Below are positions 41,045-58,924 of a stretch of 64,000 nt of DNA, one piece after another. The notes beneath the pieces were generated by a model. It was not told where the DNA came from. It made no database searches and was given only the letters and a program-made list of their open reading frames with translations. The stretch lies in contig OZ024765.1 in NCBI GenBank assembly GCA_964016885.1, positions 18,910,001-18,974,000 on the forward strand, written 5' to 3'. This stretch comes from Eledone cirrhosa. Taxonomy: Eukaryota. Made by a program: the position numbers and the translations under genes. The first letter of the stretch is position 1; each line of letters opens with the position of its first letter.

Positions 41045-41171
41045 GTTATTAAGAACTATATTAATATTGAAAGCCGCGAATGGACAGCGTCTTCACAACA
41101 TCAGATTCATCTATCTTATATATGTCTGTTCGTCTTACCGAACAACTATATGTAACTTTGATATGTAAAAA

Positions 41172-42935
41172 TTACAAGTCAGTCAAGCATATTGATGGCC
41201 GTCCCACAGCCCCGGCGGACAGAAGGGAGAAGAGGTTTCCCCGGGGGACGGCAAAGGAGCCCGGCTGGAAAAGCCATTCCAACTCACGAGGCTCACACCT
41301 GCGACTGGCCAGCTCAGTGTCAACGGTGGTAAGTAGTGATGTAGCCCTAGGGCCAAGGACATTAGAGGTCTCCACTACTAGGGGTAGCCAGCTCAGTGCC
41401 TATGGTTGTGGGTAGGGAGGTAGCCCTAAGGCCAAGGACAGCAGAAGTCTCCACTGCTAGGAGTAGCCAGCTCAGCGCCTATGGTGGTAAGTAGGGAGGT
41501 AGCCCTAGGGCGAAGGACACCAGAAGTCTCCACTGCTAGGAGTTGCCAGCTCAGTGCCTATGGTGGTGAGTAGGGAGGTAGCCCTAGGGCCAAGGGCACC
41601 AGAAGTCTACACTGCTAGGAGTTGCCAGCTCAGTGCCTATGGTGGTAAGTAGGGAGGTAGCCCTAGGGCCAAGGGCACCAGAAGTCTACACTGCTAGGAG
41701 TTGCCAGCTCAGTGCCTATGGTGGTAAATAGGGAGGTAGCCCTAGGGCCAAGGACACCAGAAGTCTCCACTGCTAGGAGTAGCCAGCTCAGTGCCTATGG
41801 TGGTAAATAGGGAGGTAGCCCTAGGGCCAAGGACACCAGAAGTCTCCACTGCTATGAGTAGCCAGCTCAGTGCCTATGGTGGTAAGTAGGGAGGTAGCCC
41901 TAGGGCCAAGGGCACCAGAAGTCTCCACTGCTATGAGTAGCCAGCTCAGTGCCTATGGTGGTAAATAGGGAGGTAGCCCTAGGGCCAAGGACACCAGAAG
42001 TCTCCACTGCTATGAGTAGCCAGCTCAGTGCCTATGGTGGTAAATAGGGAGGTAGCCCTAGGGCCAAGGACACCAGAAGTCTCCACTGCTAGGGGTAGCC
42101 AGCTCACTTCCTATGGTGGTAAGTAGGGAGGTAGCCCTAGGGCCAAGGACACCAGAAGTCTCCACTGCTAGAGGTAGCCAGCTCAGTGCCAATGGTGGTA
42201 AGTAAGGAGGTAGCCCTAGGGCCAAGGAGACCAGAAGTCTCCACTGCTAGGAGTAGCCAGCTCAGCGCCTATGGTGGTAAGTAGGGAGGTAGCCCTAGTG
42301 CCAAGGACACCAGAAGTCTCCACTGCTAGTAGTAGCCAGCTCAGTGCCTATGGTGGTAAGTAGGGAGGTAGCCCTAGGGCCAAGGACACCAGAAGTCTCC
42401 ACTGCTAGTAGTAGCCAGCTCAGTGCCTATGGTGGTAAGTAGGGAGGTAGCCCTAGGGCTAAGGACACCAGAAGTCTCCACTGCTAGAAGTAGCCAGCTC
42501 AGTGCCTATGGTGGTAAGTAGGGAGGTAGCCCTAGGGCCAAGGACACCAGAAGTCTCCACAGCTAGGAGTAGCCAGCTCAGTGCCTATGGTGGTAAGTAG
42601 GGAGGTAGCCCTAGGGCCAAGGACACCAGAAGTCTCCACTGCTAGAAGTAGCCAGCTCAGTGCCAATGGTGGTAAGTAAGGAGGTAGCCCTAGGGCCAAG
42701 GAGACCAGAAGTCTCCACTGCTAGAGGTAGCCAGCTCAGCGCCTATGGTGGTGAGTAGGGAGGTAGCCCTGGGGCCAAGGACACCAGAAGTCTCCACTGC
42801 TAGGAGTAGCCAGCTCAGGGCCTATGTTAGTAAGCAGAGAGGTATCCCTAGGGCCAAGGACACCAGAAGTCTCCACTACCAAGGGTACGACCGCAAACCT
42901 GTCGGGGAGGACCGCTCTCTGATCTCTGCACGCTG
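41172..42935 (-). mobile_element. 3' fragment of a CRE-like (RLE-domain) non-LTR retrotransposon with an internal 79-bp tandem expansion
   Basis: Flanks translate DRFAVVPLVVETSGVLGP...SLLTT...ELASRRCEPRELEWLFQ..SFAV.RGN, which fits the F.P...ET.G..G...RLS.A.QRGN end typical of CRE-clade ORFs. Confidence 0.7.
41310..42880. repeat. 79-bp minisatellite, ~20 copies
   Basis: GTAGCCCTAGGGCCAAGGACACCAGAAGTCTCCACTGCTAG... with period 79 (41341, 41420, ...). Confidence 0.96.
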
Positions 42936-43190
42936 GTTTCAAATCCTATCCAGGTCAACTCTGCTTAGAGGTCGATATAAGAAGTACCAGTTAAATACTG
43001 GTCTTCGATTTTTTCTCTATATTTCCTTTCTCGTTTATATCTAGGTTCAAATCCCACCGAGATCAACTTTACCTATCATCCATTAGTGGTTGATATAAAA
43101 AGTACCAGTTTTTGATCTAGACTTTTTCCTTTTAAATCTCAGTTCAAATCCCACCAAGGTTGAACTTGCTTTTTATCATTTCGACATATA
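42935..43190 (+). mobile_element. Degenerate SINE fragments
   Basis: Three GTT(T)CAAATCC...GTCAACT-type B-box and body pieces, two followed by AAGTACCAGT. Confidence 0.6.
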
Positions 43191-44090
43191 ACACTACCAC
43201 CAATACTACAACACAGACAACAACCACTAACATTACAACACAAGCACCAACCACTAACACTACCACCAATACTACAACACAACCAACAACGACTAATACT
43301 ACAACACAAGCAACAACCACTAACTCTACCACCAATACTGCGACACAAACAACAACCACTAACACTACCAGCAATACAACAACACAAGCAACAACCACTA
43401 ACTCTACCACCAATACTACGACACAAACAACAATCACTAACATTACCACCAATACAACAACACAAGCAACAACCACTAACTCTACCACCAATACTACGAC
43501 ACAAACAACAACCACTAACACTACCACCAATACTACATCACAAGCAACAACCACTAACATTACCACCAATACTGCAACACAAACAACAACCACTAACACT
43601 ACCACCAATACTACAACACAAGCAACAACCACTAACAGTACCAGCAATACAACAACACAAACAACAACCACTAACACTACCACCAATACTACAACCACTA
43701 CAAGACAAGCCACATCCACTAACACTACCGCCAATACTACAACACAAGCAACAGCCAGTAACACTACCACCAATACTACAACCACTAACACTACAACCAC
43801 TAACATAACCGCCTACACAAGCCATTACCACTAACACTACTGCCAACACTACAACACAAGCAACAGCCAGTAAGACTACCACCAATACTACAACCACTAA
43901 CACTACCGCCAACACTACAACACAAGCAACAGCCAGTAAGACTACCACCAATACTACAACCACTAACACTACCGCCAACACTACAACACAAGCAACAGCC
44001 AGTAAGACTAACACCAATACTACAACCATTAACACTACCACTAACACTACAACACAAGCCACAACCACTAACACTACCACCAACACCATT
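43190..44090. repeat. 39-bp-based A/C-rich minisatellite
   Basis: ACCACCAATACTACAACACAAGCAACAACCACTAACACT variants alternate. Confidence 0.88.
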
Positions 44091-44169
44091 GTCAGAATAA
44101 TCCCATGAGTACCATGAGGTGTAACAATATTGACTTTAGAATCAGTCAAGCAATGATACCACAAACAAA

Positions 44170-48810
<4,641 letters not shown>

Positions 48811-48827
48811 TAGTGGTATTCGCTCCA

Positions 48828-48947
48828 AAGGCGGTGGATTGGCAGAAGAGTCGATAGAGCACCGGGCAGCATGCTCTGCGGCTTACAGTTACCGCCTTTA
48901 ACTTGCAGAGTTCAAGTTCCGCCGAGATTAGCTTTGATTGTCGATAA
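48828..48947 (+). mobile_element. Diverged, truncated SINE
   Basis: GGCGGTGGATTGGCAG head and GAGTTCAAGTTCCGCCGAG B box. Confidence 0.7.
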
Positions 48948-48949
48948 GA

Positions 48950-50425
48950 TCCCGTAATAGTGGAGACTGTTGGTGTCCTTGACCCTAGGCTCACCACCCT
49001 ACTCACCACCATCCCCACAGAGTTGGCTACCTGTAGCTGTGGAGACTTCTGGTGTCCTTGGCCCTAGGACCACCTCCCTACTCACCACCATCACCACTGA
49101 GTTAGCTACCTGTAGCAGTGGACACTTCTGGTGTCCTTGGCCCTAGGACTACCTCCCTACTGACCACAGAGTTGGTTACCAGTAGCAGTGGAGACTTCTG
49201 GTGTCCTTGGCCCTAGGACTACCTCTCTACTGACCACAGAGTTGGCTACCTGTAGCAGTGGAGACTTCTGGTGTCCTTGGCCCTAGGACCACCTCCCTAC
49301 TTACCACAGAGTTGGCTACCTGTAGCAGTGGAGACTTCTGGTGTCCTTGGCCCTAGGACCACCTCCCTACTGACCACAGAGTCGGCTACCTGTAGCAGTG
49401 GAGACTTCTGGTGTCCTTGGCCCTAGGACCACCTCCCTACTGACCACAGAGTTGGCTACCTGTAGCAGTGGACACTTCTGGTGTCCTTGGCCCTAGGACC
49501 ACCTCCCTACTGACCACAGAGTTGGCTACCTGTAGCAGTGGACACTTCTGGTGTCCTTGGCCCTAGGACTACCTCCCTACTGACCACAGAGTCGGCTACC
49601 TGTAGCAGTGGACACATCTGGTGTCCTTGGCCCTAGGACCACCTCCCTACTCACCACCATCACCACAGAGTTGGCTACCTGTAGCAGTGGACACTTCTGG
49701 TGTCCTTGGCCCTAGGACCACCTCCCTACTCACCACCATCACCACAGAGTTGGCTACCTGTAGCAGTGGACACTTCTGGTGTCCTTGGCCCTAGGACCAC
49801 CTCCCTACTCACCACCATCACCACAGAGTTGGCTACCTGTAGCAGTGGACACTTCTGGTGTCCTTGGCCCTAGGACTACCTCCCTACCGACCACAGAGTT
49901 GGCTACCTGTAGCAGTGGACACTTCTGGTGTCCTTGGCCCTAGGACTACCTCCCTACTGACCACAGAGTCGGCTACCTGTAGCAGTGGAGACTTCTGGTG
50001 TCCTTGGCCCCAGGACTACCTCCCTACTCACCACAGAGTTGGCTACCTGTAGCAGTGGAGACTTCTGGTGTCCTTGGCCCTAGGACCACCTCCCTACTGA
50101 CCACAGAGTTGGCTACCTGTAGCAGTGGAGACTTCTGGTGTCCTTGGCCCTAGGACTACCTCCCTACTGACCACAGAGTCGGCTACCTGTAGCAGTGGAG
50201 ACTTCTGGTGTCCTTGGCCCCAGGACTACCTCCCTACTCACCACCATCACCACAGAGTTGGCTACCTGTAGCAGTGAAGTCTTCTGGTGCACTTGGCCCT
50301 AGGGCCACTTTCCTACTCCCCACCATTGGTAGATCTGGCCCCCGAAGTGGAGACCTCTGGTCTCCTTGGCCCTAAGGCCACCTCCCTTCTCACCACCATC
50401 GGCTCGGAGTTGGCTACCTGTAGCA
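48950..50425 (+). repeat. 70/79-bp minisatellite, ~20 copies, CRE-like-derived; inverted relative of the 41.3-42.9 kb array
   Basis: Unit ...GTAGCAGTGGAGACTTCTGGTGTCCTTGGCCCTAGGACCACCTCCCTACT...; periods 70 (49141 to 49211) and 79 (49631 to 49710); translates VETSGVLGP. Confidence 0.93.
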
Positions 50426-50889
50426 AACGTGATGATGGTGATGATGACGTTGTTGCTGCTGTTGACTATGTTGTTGTTGCTGTTTGGTGTTGATCATGTT
50501 GATGCTGATGATAAGGATGATAATTATGATGAACGTAATGCTACTGCTACTGCTGCTGCTGATGATGAAATGCTTATAATGATGATGATGGTGGTGGTGA
50601 TGATCTTGTATTTATGTATTGTTGTTGCTGTTGTTTATATTGTTGTTGTTGCTGTTTATATTGTTGTTGTTGCTGTTTATATTGTTGTTGTTGTTGTTGT
50701 GTTTATCGTATTAAAATGCCGATCTTTTTTATTGAATGTTGTTGTTGCTGTTGTTGCTGTTGTTGTTGTTGTGGCTATTGTTTTCTCGGTTATCTTAATT
50801 CCTCCATTGCAAGAAGTAGAAGTCATTGTTCTTGCTGTTGTTATTGTTATGAATTTCAACGTAATTTATATATGGAACACAATCAAAAC

Positions 50890-53800
50890 CTCTAACACTA
50901 CCACTTCCACCACACCAACCACTACCACTACACCACACCAACACCAACCTCTACCACTACCACCACACCAACCACTACTACTACCTCCACACCAACACCA
51001 ACCACTACTACTACCACCACACCAACACCAACCACTACTACTACCACCACACCAACACCAACCTCTACCGCTACCACCACACCAACACCAACCACTACTA
51101 CTACCACCACACCAACACCAACCTCTACCGCTACCACCACACCAACCACTACTACTACCACCAACACCAACCAGTACCACTACACCACACCAACCACTAC
51201 CACTACCACCACACCAACCAGTACCACTACACCACACCAACACCAACCACTACTACTACCACCAACACCAACCAGTACCACTACACCAACACCAACCAGT
51301 ACCACTACACCAACACCAAACAGTACCACTACACCACACCAACCAGTACCACCACACCAACACCAACCAGTACCACTACACCAACACCAACCAGTACCAC
51401 TACACCAACACCAACCAGTACCACTACACCAACACCAACCAGTACCACTACACCAACACCAACCAGTACCACTACACCACACCAACCAGTACCACTACAC
51501 CAACACCAACCAGTACCACTACACCAACACCAACCAGTACCACTACACCAACACCAACCAGTACCACTACACCACACCAACCAGTACCACTACACCAACA
51601 CCAACCAGTACCACTACACCAACACCAACCAGTACCACTACACCACACCAACCAGTACCACTACACCAACACCAACCAGTACCACTACACCACACCAACC
51701 AGTACCACTACACCAACACCAACCAGTACCACTACACCACACCAACCAGTACCACTACACCAACAGCAACCAGTACCACTACACCAACACCAACCAGTAC
51801 CACTACACCAACACCAACCAGTACCACTACACCACACCAACCAGTACCACTACACCAACACCAACCAGTACCACTACACCAACACCAACCAGTACCACTA
51901 CACCACACCAACCAGTACCACTACACCAACCAGTACCACTACACCACACCAACCAGTACCACCACACCAACACCAACCAGTACCACTACACCAACACCAA
52001 CCAGTACCACTACACCAACACCAACCAGTACCACTACACCAACACCAACCAGTACCACTACACCAACACCAACCAGTACCACTACACCACACCAACCAGT
52101 ACCACTACACCAACCAGTACCACTACACCACACCAACCAGTAACACCACACCAACACCAACCAGTACCACTACACCAACACCAACCAGTACCACTACACC
52201 AACACCAACCAGTACCACTACACCACACCAACCAGTACCACTACACCACACCAACCAGTACCACTACACCACACCAACCAGTACCACTACACCAACACCA
52301 ACCAGTACCACTACACCAACACCAACCAGTACCACTACACCAACACCAACCAGTACCACTACACCAACACCAACCAGTACCACTACACCAACACCAACCA
52401 GTACCACTACACCAACACCAACCAGTACCACTACACCAACACCAACCAGTACCACTACACCAACACCAACCAGTACCACTACACCAACACCAACCAGTAC
52501 CACTACACCACACCAACCAGTACCACTACACCACACCAACCAGTACCACCACACCAACCAGTACCACCACACCAACACCAACCAGTACCACTACACCACA
52601 CCAACCAGTACCACTACACCACACCAACCAGTACCACCACACCACACCAACCAGTACCACCACACCAACACCAACCAGTACCACTACACCACACCAACCA
52701 GTACCACTACACCACACCAACCAGTACCACTACACCACACCAACCAGTACCACCACACCACACCAACCAGTACCACCACACCAACACCAACCAGTACCAC
52801 CACACCAACACCAACCAGTACCACTACACCACACCAACCAGTACCACTACACCACACCAACCAGTACCACTACACCACACCAACCAGTACCACTACACCA
52901 ACACCAACCAGTACCACTACACCAACCAGTACCACTACACCACACCAACCAGTACCACTACACCAACACCAACCAGTACCACTACACCACACCAACCAGT
53001 ACCACTACACCACACCAACCAGTACCACTACACCACACCAACCAGTACCACCACACCAACCAGTATCACTACACCACACCAACACCAACCACTACCACTA
53101 CCACCACACCAACACCAACCACTACCACTACCACCAAACCAACACCACCCACTACTACTACCAGCACACCAACACCAACCACTACTACTACAACCACCAC
53201 ACCAACCAGAACCACTACACCACACCAACACCAACCACTACCACTACACCACACCAACCAGTACCACTACACCAACACCAACCAGTACCACTACACCAAC
53301 CAGTACCACTACACCACCACCAACTAGTACCACTACACCAACACCAACCAGTACCACACCAACCAGTACCACTACACCACACCAACCAGTACCACTACAC
53401 CAACACCAACCAGTACCACTACACCACACCAACCAGTACCACTACACCAACACCAACCAGTACCACTACACCACACCAACCAGTACCACTACAACACACC
53501 AACCAGTACCACTACACCAACACCAACCAGTACCACTACACCACACCAACCAGTACCACTACACCACACCAACCAGTACCACTACACCACACCAACCAGT
53601 ACCACTACACCAACACCAACCAGTACCACTACACCACACCAACCAGTACCACTACACCACACCAACCAGTACCACTACACCACACCAACCAGTACCACTA
53701 CACCACACCAACCAGTACCACTACACCAACACCAACCAGTACCACTACACCACACCAACCAGTACCACTACACCACACCAACCAGTACCACTACACCAAC

Positions 53801-56800
53801 ACCAACCAGTACCACTGCACCACACCAACCAGTACCACTACACCACACCAACCAGTACCACTACACCACACCAACCAGTACCACTACACCAACGCCAACC
53901 AGTACCACTACACCACACCAACCAGTACCACTACACCAACACCAACCAGTACCACTACACCAACACCAACCAGTACCACTACACCAACACCAACCAGTAC
54001 CACTACACCAACACCAACCAGTACCACTACACCACACCAACCAGTACCACTACACCACACCAACCAGTACCACCACACCAACACCAACCAGTACCACTAC
54101 ACCACACCAACCAGTACCACTACACCACACCAACCAGTACCACTACACCAACACCAACCAGTACCACTACACCACACCAACCAGTACCACCACACCACAC
54201 CAACCAGTACCACTACACCACACCAACCAGTACCACTACACCAACACCAACCAGTATCACTACACCACACCAACACCAACCACTACCACTACCACCACAC
54301 CAACACCAACCACTACCACTACCACCAAACCAACACCACCCACTATTACTACCAGCACACCAACACCAACCACTACTACTACTACCACCACACCAACCAG
54401 AACCACTACACCAACACCAACCACTACCACTACCACCACACCAACCAGTACCACTACCACCACACCAACCAGTACCACTACCACCACACCAACCAGTATC
54501 ACTACACCACACCAACACCAACCACTACCACTACCACCACACCAACATCAACCACTACTACTACCACCACACCAACACCAACCACTACCACTACCACCAC
54601 ACCAACACCAACCACTACTACTACCACCACACCCAACACCAACCTCTACTACTACCTCCACACCAACACCAACCTCTACTACTACCACCACACTAACACC
54701 AACCACTAGCACCACACCAACACCAACCACTACTACTACCGACCACACCAACATCAACCACTACTACTACCACCACACCAACACCAACCACTACCACTAC
54801 CACCACACCAACACCAACCACTACTACTACCACCACACCAACACCAACCTCTACTACTACCTCCACACCAACACCAACCACTACTACTACCACCACACCA
54901 ACACCTACTACTACCTCCACACCAACACCAACCTCTACTACTACCACCACACCAACACCAACCACTACTACTAGCACCACACCAACACCAACCACTACCA
55001 ACACAACAACACCAACCACTACGACTACCACCACACCAACACCAACCACTACTACTACCACCACACCAACATCAACCACTACTACTACCACCACACCAAC
55101 ACCAACCATCATCACTACCACCACACCAACCACTACTACTACCACCACACCAACACCAACCACTACCACCACACCAACACCAACCTCTACCACCTCCACC
55201 ACACCAACCTCTAACATTACCCCCACACCAACACCAACCTCTACCACTACCACCACACCAACACCAACCTCTACCACACCGACACCAACCACTACTTCTA
55301 CCACCACACCAACCTCTACTACTACCACCACCCCAACACCAACCTCTACCACTACCACCACACCAACACCAACCTCTACCACACCGACACCAACCACTAC
55401 TACTACCACCACACCAACACCAACCTCTACTACTACCACCACACCAACACCAACCTCTACCACCTCCACCACACCAACCTCTAACATTACCCCCACACCA
55501 ACACCAACCTCTACCACTACCACCACACCAACACCAACCTCTACCACACCGACACCAACCACTACTACTACCACCACACCAACACCAACCTCTACTACTA
55601 CCACCACACCAACACCAACCTCTACTACTACCACCACACCAACACCAACCTCTACCACCGATACTAAACTTACCGTTAACATCACCAACACTAACAATAT
55701 CAATATTATATTAACACCAACATCAACAACAACAACAACACCAATAACAATATTATCACAGACAACAACAACAACACCAACACCATCATAAACAGCGCCA
55801 CCCCCACCACCACCAACAACAACAACACCAACACCATCACAAACACAAACACCACCACGACCAACAACAACACCACCATCAACATCACAAACCCCACCAT
55901 CAACACCACCAACAACACCACCATCAACATCACCACCAACACCACCATCAACATCACCAACAACACCACCAACACCACCAACACCACCAACAACATCACC
56001 AACAACATCACTACCAACACCACCATCAACATCACCAACAACACCACCATCAACATCACCAACAACACCACCAACACCATCACAAACACCACCATCAACA
56101 CCAACAACACCACCATCAACACCACCATCAACACCACCATCAACATCACCAACAACACCACCATCAACATTACCAACACCACCATCAACACCACCAACAA
56201 CACCACCATCCACACCAACAACACCACCAACAACACCACCACCAACACCACAAACACCACCATCAACATCACCAACAACACCACCATCAACATCACAAAC
56301 CCCACCACCAACACAACCACAACACCACCATCAACAACACCACCATCAACACCAAAAACACCACCATCAACACCACCAACAACACCACAAACACCACCAT
56401 CAACATCACCAACAACACCACCAACACCACCAACAACATCACCAACAACATCACCAACAACATCACCATCAACACCACCATCAACACCACCAACAACACC
56501 GCCATCAACAACAACAACACCACCATAAACACCACCATCAACACCACCACCAACAACACCAACACCACCACGACCAACAACAACACCACCATCAACATCA
56601 CAAACCCCACCATCAACACCACCACCAACACCACCACCAACACCACCAACAACACCACCATCAACACCACAAACACCACCATCAACATCACCAACAACAC
56701 CACAAAACACCACCATCAACATCACCAACAACACCACCAACACCACCACCAACACCACCAACAACATCACCAACAACATCACCAACAACATCACCATCAA

Positions 56801-57000
56801 CACCACCATCAACACCACCAACAACACCGCCATCAACACCAACAACATCACCAACCACATCACCATCAACACCACCATCAACACCACCATCAACACCACC
56901 ATCAACACCACCACCAACACCACCACCAACACCACCACCAACACCACCAACAACACCACCGTCAACATCAGAAACACCACCATCATCATCACCAACAATG
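50890..57000. repeat. ~6 kb C/A-rich minisatellite and low-complexity block (24/23-bp ACCA(A)CACCAACCAGTACCACTAC core, then (CCA/ACA)n)
   Basis: Direct inspection; frequent 1-bp unit-length changes. Confidence 0.95.
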
Positions 57001-57189
57001 CTGACACTGTTGTTTAGCCTCCACCAAAACGACCAACCATCACTTAGCAAATATTTGATCCAAATGTATTCCATACGTGACCATCACAACTGTTAATCCG
57101 CTCAGTTACTCATAGATCAGCAGACTGTATTTTGAAGTAAACCTGGCTGTTATTTCTTGTAGACAGAACAACCGCGAATAGCTTTATAC

Positions 57190-57880
57190 TTGGTGGTGGT
57201 GGTGTGTTGGTTGTGGTGGTGTGGTAGTGTTGGTGGTGGTGGTATGGTAGTGTTGGTGGTGGTAGTGTTGGTTGTGGTGGTGGTGGTGGTGCGGTAGTGT
57301 TGGTGGTGGTGGTAGTGTTGGTTGTGGGGGTGTGGTAGTGTTGGTGGTGGTGTTGGCTGTGGTGGTGTGGTAGTGTTGGTGGTGGTGGTGGTAGTGTTGG
57401 TTGTGGTGGTATGGTAGTGTTGGTGGTGGTAGTGTTGGTTGTGGTGGTGGTGGTGGTGCGGTAGTGTTGGTGGTGGTGGTAGTGTTGGTTGTGGGGGTGT
57501 GGTGGTGTGGTGGTGATGGGGGTGGTCATGGTGGTGGTGGTGTGGTGGTGATGGGGGTGGTGGCTGTGGTGGTGGCGGTGGTGGTGGTGGCTGTGGGGTA
57601 TGTGAGGGTGTGGGGGTGGAGGTGGTGGTAGAGATGGTGTTGGTGGTGGTGATGGTTGTGGTAAATGTGGTCGTGGTGGTGGTGGTGGAGATGGTGGTAG
57701 TAAAGAGGATAATGGTGGAGATGATATATTAGTGTTGGGGATTGTAGTGGTGGAAGTAGAAGTGGTGGAGATAAAGATGGTACTGGTAGTAGTGGTGGTA
57801 GTGGTGGTAATGGTGGTAGTGTCGTTGGTGATGATAAAGATGGTAGTGGTAATAGTGGTAACATTGGTTGTAGAAGAAGT
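57190..57880. repeat. (GGT)n-rich degenerate repeat, opposite polarity to the preceding block
   Basis: Direct inspection. Confidence 0.9.
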
Positions 57881-57959
57881 AGTGTAGTATTTCTGTTAAT
57901 TGTGAAGTTAACGATTAGTTGAAAAATCAATATTTCGATAAACTAGAATTTATGGAAGT

Positions 57960-58663
<704 letters not shown>

Positions 58664-58724
58664 GGGTAAGTATGAATGTATATAAGCATATATTCCTGAT
58701 ATATACTTATGTATGCGTACACAC

Positions 58725-58924
58725 NNNNNNNNNNNNNNNNNNNNNNNNNNNNNNNNNNNNNNNNNNNNNNNNNNNNNNNNNNNNNNNNNNNNNNNNNNNN
58801 NNNNNNNNNNNNNNNNNNNNNNNNNNNNNNNNNNNNNNNNNNNNNNNNNNNNNNNNNNNNNNNNNNNNNNNNNNNNNNNNNNNNNNNNNNNNNNNNNNNN
58901 NNNNNNNNNNNNNNNNNNNNNNNN
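58725..58924. other. Assembly gap (200 N)
   Basis: Run of N. Confidence 1.

Noticed and set aside
41310-42880. CRISPR array
   Set aside because: Whole 79-bp units repeat with no unique spacers; no cas genes; eukaryotic context.
43160-43834. Thr-rich mucin-like 224 aa ORF
   Set aside because: Non-ATG start inside a SINE fragment; the 39-bp repeat changes frame downstream; no splice context found.
50366-54709. 1447 aa mucin-like ORF
   Set aside because: Stop-free only because the repeat is poor in T and G; 23/24-bp unit mixing cycles it through all three repeat frames; it starts in a minisatellite.
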